A DNA stretch of 64,000 nt. Origin: Octopus vulgaris (lineage: Eukaryota). How positions within the stretch are numbered: position 1 is the first letter of the stretch; every line of letters begins with the position of its first letter. The notes under the pieces are model-generated. The model had not been told where the DNA came from. It ran no database searches and worked only from the letters and a program-made list of their open reading frames with translations. The stretch spans positions 22,630,001-22,694,000 of the forward strand of contig OX597837.1 in assembly GCA_951406725.2 (NCBI GenBank). The letters run 5' to 3'. Both the position numbers and the translations under genes were made by a program. This document shows positions 49,980-62,869 of the stretch, in pieces.

Positions 49980-50200
49980 CTTTACTCTTTCACTTTTACT
50001 CTTTTACTTGTTTCAGTCATTTGACTGCGGCCATGCTGGAGCATCGCCTTTAGTCGAGCAAATCGACCCCGGGACTTATTCTTTGTAAGCCCAGTACTTA
50101 TTCTATCGGTCTCTTTTTGCCGAACCGCTAAGTGACGGCGACGTAAACACACCAGCATCGGTTATCAAGCGATGTTAGGGGGACAAACACAGACACACAA

Positions 50201-50257
<57 letters not shown>

Positions 50258-50420
50258 TATATACGACAGGCTTCTTTCAGTTTCCGTCTACCAAATCCAC
50301 TCACAAGGCTTTGGTCGGCCCGAGGCTATAATAGAAGACACTTGCCCAAGATACCACGCAGTGAGACTGAACCCGGAACCATTTGGCTGGTAAGCAAGCT
50401 ACTTACCACACAGCCACTCC
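49980..50420 (-). mobile_element. Full-length SINE family 1
   Basis: Reverse complement of the family-1 copies. Confidence 0.9.
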
Positions 50421-50875
50421 CTGATTTAGTATTGGATAATTAGTCTACATTATTACTCTAAAAGGACCATAGGGATGGTTTCCCAGTTTCTCTGATGTTT
50501 TATATTCCTCCCTGGATGGGACACCAGTCTGTTGCAGGATTACTCATTTTTACTAGCAGAGTGGACTGGAGTAGAGTGAAATAAGGCGTTTTGCTCAAGA
50601 ACACACCGCATTGCCCAATCCAGGAATTGAAACCACAGCCTTACGATAATGAGTCCAACACCCTAACCACTAAGCCATACACCTCTACAACTTGGTGTTG
50701 GATACTTTTCTTTATTGTTTGTCTAACTTATATACTGCTTCTTTAGCCATGCATGCATCCGTTGCCTTCCAATATAGTATGGGTTAGACAGTTTGTTAGG
50801 AGTCAGTGGATGGCATTGTGCCCTAGTGTCTCAGTTTCAGCAGGTTTTCTATGGTTGGAAACCCATTCTAATACC

Positions 50876-51104
50876 TATTTCTTTACTACCCACAAGGGGC
50901 TAAACACAGAGAGGACAAACAAGGACAGACAAAGGGATTAAGTCGATTACATCGACTCCAGTGCGTAACTGGTACTTAATTTATCGACCCCGAAAGGATG
51001 AAAGGGAAAGTTGATCTCTGCGGAATTTGAACTCAGAACATAACGACAGACGAAATACAGCTACGCATTTCGCCCAGCGTGCTAACGTTTCTGCCAGCTC
51101 GCCG
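50876..51104 (-). mobile_element. SINE family 3 monomer with 14-bp TSD
   Basis: TSD CCCATTCTAATACC at 50862-50875 and 51105-51118. Confidence 0.9.
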
Positions 51105-51179
51105 CCCATTCTAATACCGTTCACTTTACAGAGTATACTGTGTGTTTTAATTTGTAGTACAAATTTTCTTCTGAAGGTA

Positions 51180-51720
51180 AGACTAAAGAACTGTCATGGC
51201 ACAAAAGGGAACAGAACAGAGTGATGACTTTAAAATAATGATATTGGAAAATTTTCCAAGGGTACCTTCTGCATGAGAAAAATATAGCTAAGTGCAGATG
51301 ACCATACTTCAGATAAACCAGTGCATTTAAGAACATGAAAATGACAAAGGACTCTCTTGAACACTGAAGAGAGAGATATATTATCAAATATGTATGGAAA
51401 ATCCAGGAAGGGCATGTTCCACACTTTGGCATTAGAGAAAATTTTAATGCATGAACTGGTAGAGAGTCAGCTTCCAAATATATTACCGTTGAAATCATGA
51501 GCAAAAGCATTTTATTGTACCAGTCTGATATTTAGAGGTCCTCAATTGCTCAAATGCCTACCTAAATAAACCAGAAATATAAAAGGGACCACCATCGAAG
51601 CATTAAAAAATACATTGGATAGACTCCTAACAACAATAGTGGACCAGCCCACCATTCAAAGATACGCTCAAGGAAGATCAGCTGTTACAAACTTAATTAT
51701 AGACCAACTTCCTGCCATAA
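51180..51720 (+). mobile_element. Degenerate CR1-like LINE ORF2 C-terminus
   Basis: YIIKYVWKIQEGHVPHFGI...RGPQLLKCLPK.TRNI...LDRLLTTIVDQPTI..Y...SAVTNLIIDQL. Confidence 0.7.
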
Positions 51721-52421
51721 AGTGGCAACAAACCTGAAAGAAAATAAATTAACCCTTTAGCATTTAAACTGGCCATATCCAGCCAAAAGTGTTCTGCCTG
51801 TTTTATGTTCAAACTGACTAGATCTGGTCTCTCACACCAACCCTACAATATCGTTTTAAAAATTAACAGCTACCTCATCAAAATCTCATAGCTACAAGAT
51901 AATGCATGATTAGTTCAAAACAATGTGGATAAAAAAGGATTAATTTTGGCAGAATAACGCGAACACTAAAAGGTCAAGGCAGTGCTCCAGCATGGCTGCA
52001 AACCTACAACTGAAACAAATAAAAGAATATAACTTTGGCAAATAGTAACATAAATGATTTTCATTAGAATATGCTAGTTTTATTGTTTTTCTCATCAATG
52101 TTTACATCATTGAAAGTTGTGCATGTATTATGGGCTTCCATATAGTTTCCACAATTTATATATCTCTTAAACACCACAAATGCAATAAACCTGTTACTAA
52201 CGTGTTAGAAATCTATCATTAACAATGGTGTCTTGTTCACAAATGCACAATATATAAAAAAAAAAATTTTTTTAACCCAATAAACATGCAAACATTCAAT
52301 AGATAACATTCAATAAATAAATAAAGTTGATGTATATAAAGAAAATAGAAAAAAAAACTGTAAAATATTCAAAACAAAACAACTACACAGAAGGAGAAGG
52401 TGAAATAAAGAAGATACATAC

Positions 52422-52522
52422 TCTTGCTTGTTTTTCTGAACAGATTATTGCAAATTGCCGATCACTAACTTCTAAAACTGTCGTTGGAGACACTTTTTTA
52501 TAGTTTATCCCGGCATTGGTTT
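52422..52522 (-). CDS. STXBP5: Tomosyn exon
   Basis: (K)TNAGINYKKVSPTTVLEVSDRQFAIICSEKQAR; AG/GTATGT; 101 bp, phase 1 to 0. Confidence 0.95.
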
Positions 52523-52796
52523 CTGAAATTGCATAAATCAAACATTTAATATCATATATATATATAGGCAAATCAAAAATAAAAATAGAAACAGCAAAAG
52601 TCAAAGAGATGTACACAGTGAATGCATTAGATTGATGCTCAGTTTAAGATGGAAAAAAGAGTGGATGTGTAATGTACACACACACACACACACAAGCGTA
52701 CCTCAACTTACATCAGAAATTGGTTCCAAGACATGTAACTTGACTCAGAAAATGATAGAGCATGAAAAGTCATATCTTAAAACTTATTAGCTTATA

Positions 52797-54052
52797 GAGA
52801 TGTACTTGCATAGCAAGTGATTTGATCTGAGATCGTGTGCTGAAACGAAAACAATTTCAGTGTGGAAGGTGTTTGTAAGCCATTTAAGAAACACACAAAA
52901 GCCGTTCGATTCACTTCAACATTTAAGTTTAATTTGTCAAAATATTTTCCTCACTTTAAGACCGCGACAGCACAGATTTTTGTCAGTGAGCAGGTCGTGG
53001 TCTTAAAGCGACAAAAATATTTTGACAAATTAAACTTAAATGTTGAAGTGAATCGAACGGCTTTTGTGTGTTTCTTAACCCTTTCGTTACTATATTTCTG
53101 ACCAAAATACACCCCTCATGAGTTTCAATTAAATTCTAAAATAATCATAAATCTAGGCTTGTTTCATTAAATAACTAACTTTTTTACTTATCAACATATT
53201 AATGTGATATTTGGAACATAATTAAAGAAAGGGTTCTTAATCAATTCTATTGCATAACTTTTGTCTCAAAGTGACTTTAATTACAGGTAAATCCAGGTAA
53301 ATTGAGCAAAAGGAAAAAAATATAAAAATTTTAAATTGAGCGAAAGGTAAAAATATTAAAATTTTGTTTAAACATCACCATAGAAAATGAATCATCAGCT
53401 AATATTCAAATGGGTATGCAACAAAATTTTGATAAAGAAGAATTGTGCACATCACTATATCATCAGTGAAATTTAATGCACAACAGGTGTACCATAAAGG
53501 TGGAATAAAGTGAAATACTGGAATCCACCGTAAGTTTGACCGAACTAAAGAAATCAGTCAAAAAATAATATATGGCCCTGGTTATGGTATGGAAGTGATA
53601 AATTCCAGACCACATTGTTCCCTAGGCCATGCTGACTAACATTAGTTTCCCTGTATAAAAACTAAATCCACAACAGTACCCAGTATTTGTTTCACAAATT
53701 TTCCAATTCGGAATCAATGCTTGATAACATGAAACTCCTATCTATTTTCAAAGTTGAAGAAAAATCGATGCCGAAAAAAATGTGGAAAAAAATCTCCCAA
53801 AATTCAGGGAATTAAAATTACACGTCGATCTTTGTACAAAACTGTAGATGAACTGTTTACGAAGCATAATCACGTGTTTTCATGATTGTACTAAAGAGAT
53901 TTGCTCTGATATTCTCATTTAAATATGAATAGGTAAATTCGGGTGGGTTTGGGCGGTTTGGTCACATTAACCAAAATTTTTTTCGGGTGGCTTTGGGCGG
54001 TTTGGTAACGAAAGGGTTAAATGGCTTACAAACACCTTCCACACTGCAATTG
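52797..54052. mobile_element. Tail-plus-palindrome element (~115-bp arms) with TSD, split by a piggyBac-type insertion
   Basis: Left arm cagtgtggaaggtgtttgtaagcc... matches the right arm (to 53078, resuming 54021-54050); TSD TATTAGCTTATA at 52785-52796 and 54053-54064. Confidence 0.8.
53079..54016. mobile_element. 938-bp non-autonomous piggyBac-type element
   Basis: TTAA at 53075-53078 and 54017-54020; TIR CCCTTTCGTTAC; subterminal gggtgg..ttgggcggtttggt repeats. Confidence 0.9.
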
Positions 54053-54863
54053 TATTAGCTTATATTTTGTTTAATAAATGGTTTCTTCTTTTATTCTTTT
54101 ACGTATCGTAGTCATTTGACCGCAGCCATACTGGAGCATTGCCTTGAAGGGTTTTAGTCGAACAAATTGACCCCAGTACTTATTTTGTTTTTATGCCTGG
54201 TCCTTCTTCTATCAGTCTCTTCTGCAGAACTGAGCAGTAGTGGGGGAACAAACATGGTCTAGATTACACACATTAAAATAACTCGAATTATGACACCCTT
54301 TCAACGAAATATAAAGCACCAGCGAAAATCAAACCTTGTGATACTGGCTTTCCTTAGTAAATACAAATCAAGTTTAGACAAGGATGACTTTCTTAAATTT
54401 TTTGCATTGCTGTAGATAGCAGCTGTATTAAATAAATGTAACTTGATTTTATTATTTCGTGTAGTGAATTTTCTTGAAAGATGTAATCAAATTTTATAAA
54501 CAGTACAGTTTTTAGAGTTCTATTCAGTACCCCCAGCTATCAAGATAGCCCTCACTAATTGCAATTGGCTGGCTATGTGCCTAGGTCTAGATTACACACA
54601 CATTAAAATAAAATTATGTGTAAACCAATTTTTGATTCTTGACACATTTTGGTGATAAAAATATTAACATTTCCAATTTATTTGAAATAATTCTAGTTTT
54701 TAAAGGAGTTGTACTTGCAGCAGGAAATGCCAAATAAATGCTTTGTTGCATTATTTTTAAACACATTATACTTTGTTTGAAATGATGGCACATTTTTTCT
54801 ACTTTTCACAGATTTCAGTAATGCTTGGTACTTTAAAATTAAAAATTTTCAGTTAAACTGAAT

Positions 54864-55275
54864 AGGCGCAGGAGTGGCTGTGTGGTAAGTAGCTTGTTTA
54901 CCAACCACATGGTTCTGGGTTCAGTCCCACTGCGTGGCACCTTGGGCAAGTGTCTTCTACTATAGCCTCGGGTCGACCAAAGCCTTGTGAGTGGATTTGG
55001 TAGACGGAAACTGAAAGAAGCCCGTCGTATATATGTATATATATATGTGCATGTGTGTGTGTATGTTTGTGTTTGTCCCCCTAGCATTGCTTGACAACTG
55101 ATGCTGGTGTGTTTATGTTCCCGTCACTTAGCGGATCGGCAAAAGAGACCGATAGAATAAGTACTGGGCTTACAATGAATAAGTCCCGGGGTTGAGTTGC
55201 TTGTTTAAAGGCGGTGCTCCAGCATGGCCGCAGTCAAATGACTGAAACAAGTAAAAGAGTAAAAGAGTAAAGAGT
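54864..55275 (+). mobile_element. Full-length SINE family 1
   Basis: Matches the family-1 copies. Confidence 0.9.
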
Positions 55276-56491
55276 CATAACATAAAGGATGAATGTCTTT
55301 TGCCAAAGAAGAATTATCTTTCTGCTACAATCTTGACAATTTGTTTAAATGAAGGATCTTCCTTAATTACATTATCTATGATATAAGGTATCCCTTTTGT
55401 AACCATCCTGATTCTGTTTCTTATCATATCTTCAGGAAAGTTAGAATGGTTGATTTTGATAAATCTTTGGAAGTTTTGTAATTGTATGGCACTGTCAATG
55501 AGAATTACTTTGATTTCTCACATTGACACAAAACTACAAATTTTAGAGGTGGATATAGTCAGTTATACTAATTTTAGTATGGCTCAGTGGTTACAACACC
55601 AGGTTCATAATCACGAGGTAGTGAGTTTGATTCCTGGACCAGGCTGTGTGTTGTGTTCTTGAGCAAGACACTTTATCACACATTGCTCCAGTTCACTCAT
55701 CTGTAGAAATGAGTTGCGATGTCACTGGTGCTCAGCTGTATTGGCCTTTGCCTTTCCCTTGGACAACATTGGTGACCTGGAGAGGGCAGGCTGGTATGCA
55801 TGAGTGACTACTAGTCTTCCATAAACAACCTTGCCTGGAGGGTAACTTTCTAGGTGCAATCCCATAGTCATTTGTGACCGAAGGGGGTCTTCACTCCTAC
55901 ATTGTCTTTTTATTAATTTTATCAACTGCAGGAGAATGTAAGGCAAGATAACTTTGCTGTGACATGAAATCAGAAGTTAAGCATGTGTAATACCATCTAT
56001 TTTTAGCTAGGCTATGAGGCTGTAATGTGCCTCAATCTACTGGTGCACAGCCTATCGGCCAGAGGCAACCATGAGTACAGGTATAATCATAAGATATTTT
56101 GTGAACATAATAAATGACCTAATTGCTACCTCATCAAAAAAGATGCAACTTGAAACAACATAAGTTGAGATATGCCTGTCTATATTTACACACAAACACA
56201 CACATTATATATATACACACACACACATGCATGTGTATATATACTTTCTACTGCAACAGAAATCTATTTATTGTGGTTTCTTTCTCTTTCTCCCCCACCA
56301 TCAATCTTGCTTCTTCTTAGCTAGATTCATTCCTCTTCATTCTGTCTCTGAACATCTGATAAGCCAGACATGCTTTTATGTCTACAAAACTGCAAGCAAT
56401 GTGGGGCTTCTACAATAAATGTCAACTGCTTTTATCATTCACATGTACACCCACCTGTATGTGTATGGCTGTATGTACGTCTGTGTACATG

Positions 56492-56525
<34 letters not shown>

Positions 56526-56548
56526 AATACACATACACACATATATCA

Positions 56549-56592
<44 letters not shown>

Positions 56593-56874
56593 GTGGAGAC
56601 ACGTGGCTTAGTGGTTAGGGTGTCAGCATCATAATCGTAAGATTGTGGTTTCAATTCCTGGACTGGGCAACACGTGTTCTTGAGCAAAACACTTCATTTC
56701 ACGTTGCTCCAGTCCACTCACCAACACTACACCTGATTTTCTCCCCTCCATACACACGCAAGCATGTATCTGACTCATACACTATTCACTTCCCAGTCAT
56801 TTGTACATTACTGCATATGCTTTATACGCACTTTTGACAAGTTGTGGTGCACCTGAGTACTGTATACAATAATT

Positions 56875-56905
<31 letters not shown>

Positions 56906-56946
56906 CATCATCATCATCAGAATCTAAAATTTGCAATACAAGCTGT

Positions 56947-57148
56947 AAGCAATTTATGTCTTTATGTCGTGACGTGAACAACACTGGAAGTGTTTGGGTG
57001 CATTGAACTTTGTAGTAAAAAAATTGCTTGAAAAAGTTATTTAAAGCAAATTTATGTCTTTATAGTCGTGACGTGAACAACACTGGAAGTGTTTGGGTGC
57101 ATTGAACTTTGTAGTAAAAAAATTGCTTGAAAAAGCTATTTAAAGCAA
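56947..57148. repeat. Tandem duplication (~98 bp x2)
   Basis: tttatgtctttat(a)gtcgtgacgtgaacaacactggaag... occurs twice, bounded by AAGCAA. Confidence 0.9.
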
Positions 57149-59265
57149 CAAAACATATACAAAGCTAAAAATAATAGCATGTAAATACTGAGTTGAATAT
57201 AACCCTTTTGGATAGTAAAAAAAACCAAGGGCTACTTTTGGCTTTGGATACTATTTATTTATCTGTAGCTTAATGAGATGGCAAGTTGGCAGAATTGTTA
57301 GCACACCAGGCAAAACGCTTAGAGGCATTTTGTCTGTCTTTACATTCTGAGTTCACATTCTGCCGCAGTTGACTTTGCCTTTCATCGTTTTGGGGTTGAT
57401 AAAGTAAGTACCAGTTGAATGTTGGGGTCAGTAAAGTAATTACCAGTTGAATGCTGAGGCTGACAACGTAAGTACCAGTTGAATGTTGGGGAGTCAATAA
57501 AATAAGTACTAGTCGAACACTGGGTTGATAAAATAAGTACCAGATGAATGCTGGGATTGACTTACCCCTCCCCTAAAATTGCTGGTCTTGTGCCAAAATT
57601 TGAAACCAATATTTATAGCCTTATGTGTGCTTCAAGATCCACTGTTACAAAAAGGAATTATTTCACATTCTTTCAAAGTTTACAAATTCTTATGACATCA
57701 ACAAAATTCAAAGCAATATCTAAAACACTACTATCTATATGAAGACATTTGTAAATGGCCTAACTCTGCAATCATCATCATCATCATCATCATCGTTTAA
57801 CGTCCGCTTTCCATGCTAGCATGGGTTGGATGATTTTGACTGAGGGCTAGCGAATCAGATGGCTGCACCAGGCTCCAATCTTGATCTGGCAGAGTTTCTA
57901 CAGCTGGATGCCCTTCCTAACGCCAACCACTCCGAGAGTGTAGTGGGTGCTTTTTACGTGCCACTGGTATAGGAGCCAGTTAGGCAATGACCTCGCTCGA
58001 ATCTTTTTACACATGCCACCGGCACAGGTACCAGTAAGGCGACGTTGGTAACGATCACGCTCGAATGGTGCCCTTTTATGTGCCACCGGCATGGAAGCCA
58101 GTTGGCTGCTCTGGCAACGATCACGCTTGGATGGTGATCTTGGTACCCTACTAGCATGGGTACAAGTGCCAGTAAGGCGACACTGGTAATGATCACACTC
58201 GAATGGTGCCCTTTTATGTGCCACTGGCACAGAAGCCGGTTAGCTGATCTGTCAACGATCACACTCGTATGGTGCTCTTAGCAACCCGCTAGCACGGATG
58301 CCAGTCATCGAATTTGATTTTGATTTCACTTGCCTCAACAGTTCTTCGCAAGCAGAGTTTAGTGACCAAAGAAGGAAAAGGTACGCATAAGCGGGCTAGT
58401 TACGCTCCTGGCAATGATGACCTATATTCATTTAGATAGGCCGGTTATTTCTAGTTTCACCGGACTTTAATATGGAGTTTTCCAGCTGCAGCTACATCAA
58501 TGAGGAATTTAGCTGAGCATCTTTCCTGGTAAACCACAAATATGACCTAAGTGCCATTAGACATAGAAAGTTTGTTGAGGTAAGCTTTAGCTGTAAGATT
58601 GAGAAGGTTGAAGAATTATGAGGAATCATAGGGATGACAATTCAACTGAGCAGAAACAATTTTGGTCATGAAATTAAAAAGATAATGATTACATAGCATA
58701 GATTATATCATGCAAATTTGGTTTGAATCATCATCATCATCATCATGAACATTTAAGCATTTAACATGCTGGCATGGGTTGGACAGCTTGACAGAAACTG
58801 TTAAGGCCAAGGGCTGCGCCAGGTTCCAGAGTGTGTGTTAGTTTGGTTGCCCTTCCTAATGCCAGCCACTTTACAGTGTACTGGGTGATTTTTACCTGGC
58901 ACCATCACCAGCACTTTTTATGTGGCTTTTTACTTAGCACCAGAACCAGTGCTTTTCATGTGGAACCAACACCAGGGCTTTTTACTTAGCAACACCACCA
59001 CCAGAGCTTTTAATGTGACACCAGCACCAGTGCTTTTTATGTGGCACCAGCACTTTTTACATTGCACCAGCACCAGCACATTTTATGTGGCACCAACACC
59101 AGTGCTTTTTACATGGTACCAGTACCTACACCAATGCTTTTTATGCGGCACCTTGGTTTTAGGATCTCAATTCTGTTGTAGTGGTTGGGTCTTCTTGGGT
59201 ATAGTTTGAAAATTGCAGAAATTCTCACAAATATTTATGAGATATTGGTACCAAGTTATACTTAC

Positions 59266-59397
59266 TTTGTGCTTCTCTTGGATCTATTTTCAACTTTGAC
59301 TTATCTTCCCATTGAACGGAGGCATCGGGAACTAAAACACCATTGCAATCCAAAAACGACATGGTAAGAATGGCACCTTTTAGCCTGAATATGGTAC
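59266..59397 (-). CDS. STXBP5: Tomosyn exon
   Basis: (G)TIFRLKGAILTMSFLDCNGVLVPDASVQWEDKSKLKIDPREAQ; AG/GTAAGT; 132 bp, phase 1 to 1. Confidence 0.96.
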
Positions 59398-59906
59398 CTG
59401 CAAAAAACCCAGAAACACTCTTTTATTGAAGTTTGCTGTCTTTTAATGTCAATATGTATATGTGTGTGTATATGTCTATATATCTCTGTATGTATATGTA
59501 TATTTTTTTAACTAAACCTTGTCACATTTTAAAAAATTATTTCTAGTCGTATTTTTTACTAAGCCTGAACGATCCTGAAACACGGTGTCCCTAGATGCAG
59601 TTCCGGCAGCCGGGGGTGTTTGTCTCCCCTTCGTATATGTATATAAGGACACGGAAAAATGTGTCAAAGCCATCAGGAGGAGTTCGATGCTTCCTAGGGC
59701 TATACAGCGGTGGTGTACCCCCTACTGCCACGTTCTTGTTAGATTGACAGTATACAACCATTCTATCGCCCCACCACCGTACATGTCTCTATGAGAGATT
59801 TAGAAATTCAATATTTCTTGTTATTTTGTTATTTGGTTATACACAGAAAACAGTCATGGAAGTTTTAAAAACAGAGGCTTGAAATAGTTAATAAAAGAAA
59901 ACTCAC

Positions 59907-60026
59907 CACTTGGGGATACAATGACAGGCTGGAAATTTCTTTGTTCTTGCGAAGGAAGATTAAGTACAATGACTAAGACGGATCCTAAACTGGTGCCGAC
60001 CCATAAACAAGGACAGGTGTAACTAT
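59907..60026 (-). CDS. STXBP5: Tomosyn exon
   Basis: (D)SYTCPCLWVGTSLGSVLVIVLNLPSQEQRNFQPVIVSPS; AG/GTGAGT; 120 bp, phase 1 to 1. Confidence 0.96.
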
Positions 60027-60149
60027 CTGACAATTGGAAACAAAGAAAAAAACTGCTTATACAAGAGTTATTTTACAGTTTGTTATAAGGCATTGTGAGT
60101 ATGGGTATGTACACACATACATACACACAAATATAAATACATATATTTA

Positions 60150-60725
60150 TTATTTCTTTATTGCCCACAAGGGGCTAAACATAGAGGGGACAAACAAGGA
60201 CAGACAAAGGGATTAAGTCGATTAGATCGACTCCAGTGCGTAACTGGATGAAAGGCAAAGTTGACCTCAGTGGAATTTGAACTCAGAACATAGCGGCAGA
60301 CGAAATACCTATTTCTTTACTACCCACAAGGGGCTAAACACAGAGAGGACAAACAAGGACAGACAAACGAATTAAGTCGATTATATCGACCCCAGTGCAT
60401 AACTGGTACTTATTTAATCGACCCCAAAAGGATGAAAGGCAAAGTCGACCTCGGCGGAATTTGAACTCAGAACGTAACAGGAGACGAAATACCTATTTCT
60501 TTATTACCCACAAGGGGCTAAACACAGAGGGGACAAACAAGGACAGACATAGGTATTAAGTCGATTACATTGACCCCAGTGCGTAACTGGTACTTAATTT
60601 ATCAACCCCGAAAGGATGAAAGGCAAAGTTGACCTCGGCGGAATTTGAACTCACAACGTAATGCAGACGAAATACCGCTAAGCATTTCGCCCAGCGTGCT
60701 AACGTTTCTGCCAGCTCGCCGCCTT
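60150..60725 (-). mobile_element. Head-to-tail trimer of SINE family 3
   Basis: One head and three bodies; junctions at aatacc 60304-60309 and 60488-60493; probable TSD ATACATATATTT at 60137-60148 and 60729-60740. Confidence 0.88.
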
Positions 60726-62230
60726 ACTATACATATATTTGTATGCATATACATACACACACATTTAACATCTGGTTTTCACGCTGGCATGACTTGGATA
60801 GTTTGACAATCTGATAAGCCACAGAGCTGCATTATGCTCCATATCAGATTTGGCGTGATTCCTTCAGCTGGATGCTCTTCCTAATGCCAACTACTTTATA
60901 GTGTGTACTTAGTGCATTTTTCATGCCACTAGCATTACACATACGTGTATAGTAAATATTCTGTGTACAGTTAGATGAATGACTGCTACTGTTGATTTTA
61001 GATCTCCACACACAATATCATCATCCAGTATTATGGGTCCGTTCAGTTGTCTTAACAAAGTATGGTGATAGCTCTCTGCTACTAGGGGTCAGCTTTTTGT
61101 TTGTGAATGCAGTGAATAAAAATGAAATGAAAACACTTGCGGGAGAAATTCAAAGGGGAATTCATCAAGAGTTATGTCCTGTGCTTAAAAAGCTTGAGTG
61201 CCTTTAGAGTGTGAGGAATAAGTGCCTGGGAAGTTTTCTGTTCATGCCCACATGAAAGAAAATATCATTAACATCATTTCACATCCATTGTCCATGCTGA
61301 CAAGCTGAGGTGCTGTACAAGACTCCAGTCCTATTTGGCATGGTTTCTACAGCTGGATGCCCTTCCTAACACCAAACACTTTACAAAGTGTGCTGAGTGC
61401 TCTTATGTGGTGCGCTATGAGCACTTTTATGCGGCGCTGCAAGGGCACTTTTACATGGCACTGCACAGGTGCTTTATGTGGTGTTGCATAAGCGCTTTTA
61501 TGCACATGTACTTTTACATGATTCCACACGGGTGCTTTTACATGGCACCACATGGATGATTTTATGTGGCACTTCCATGATTGCTTTACACCACCAGAAG
61601 AACCGGTTTTAACACTTCTGCTGCAGCATATGGGTCTGAAGTGTTAAGACCAGTCCTTCTGAATATCTGTAGACTGCACCTTGATAAACATTAGGGCTTC
61701 CACCATCAGTACTTGTCACCATCACTGTTTGAGAGTTCAGCACAATGTTTACCACACCTAACTTTACAAATACATACAAATACACATACATATTCACATT
61801 TGATTTTAAGACCTGAACTCCTCACCATTTCCTCCTCCCACACCCCCATCTCCTGCATACACATCGATCCTACACAAGCTGCAGCCCCACTTTGCAAGCA
61901 GTAACCCCTTCACACTGTGGAGGCACTCTGACTTTTGTGCAAGGGACATAACTTTTAATGAAATCCACCTCAGAAGTCTCCCACGAGTGTTTTCATTTTG
62001 TTTTTATTCACAACACACATACAAACCAGATGTGACACTTCCTGATCTCCAGTAGTAGAGAGCCATTGTGATACTTTTCATATTAGATCCTCTGATGAAT
62101 ATTGCCTTATGCTCTTCCCTAACTCATGTGCGAAACTCATTGTAAAATCAGCTGAAATGGAGCTATAATATAGAATAAATATTAATATACTCACTTTATT
62201 TGCTTGTTTTTTTTCTCATATATATATATA

Positions 62231-62316
62231 TTGGCTGATGAGTGCTCAGCATTTTAAAACTGTTGTAATACTTACAACATTTAATAAGATGATGTAGTAC
62301 AAAACGATCGTACTAA
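62231..62316 (+). ncRNA. Type I hammerhead with long stem II and one core mutation (GAAAC to AAAAC), between (TA)n tracts
   Basis: ttgg-CTGATGA-gtgct...tgttgtaa tac ttacaaca...agtac-AAAAC gatc GTA-ctaa; palindromic ACGATCGT stem III. Confidence 0.65.
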
Positions 62317-62549
62317 ATTACCGGAGTCATTCTTGTGGCTTATTTTGAATATATATATATATATATCGGGTGGCACATAAAAAGCACCCACTACACTCAC
62401 GGAGTGGTTGGCGTTAGGAAGGGCATCCAGCTGTAGAAACATTGCCAGATAAGACTGGAGCCTGGTGCAGCCTTCTGGCTTCCCAGATCCCCGGTCGAAC
62501 CGTCCAATCCATGCTAGCATGGAGAACGGACGTTAAATGATGATGATGA

Positions 62550-62609
<60 letters not shown>

Positions 62610-62869
62610 TTACAGACATGCTTTTTTCTCTTTCTTTCTGTCTGAGAATGTGTCTTAACACATGCCCAACATATTTCATTTGGTATATATTTACCCCTAT
62701 TTCACTCATCAAAAATACTTCTGACAATTTACATATATCGCTGCTCCAGCATGACCAGAAGCAACACTGGTGTAAATCAACAAGTGGAGACCAAGAGCTG
62801 GCAAACTCCCATCTAGATATTTTCCCACCGTCAGTCGTCTTTAGCTGGAACAGGCTTCTTTTTTCTTTC

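Noticed and set aside
59543-59596. tcgt...acgatcctGAAACACGGTGTCcctag hammerhead 3' half
   Set aside because: CUGANGA and part of stem II are absent (possibly deleted); counted only as a remnant
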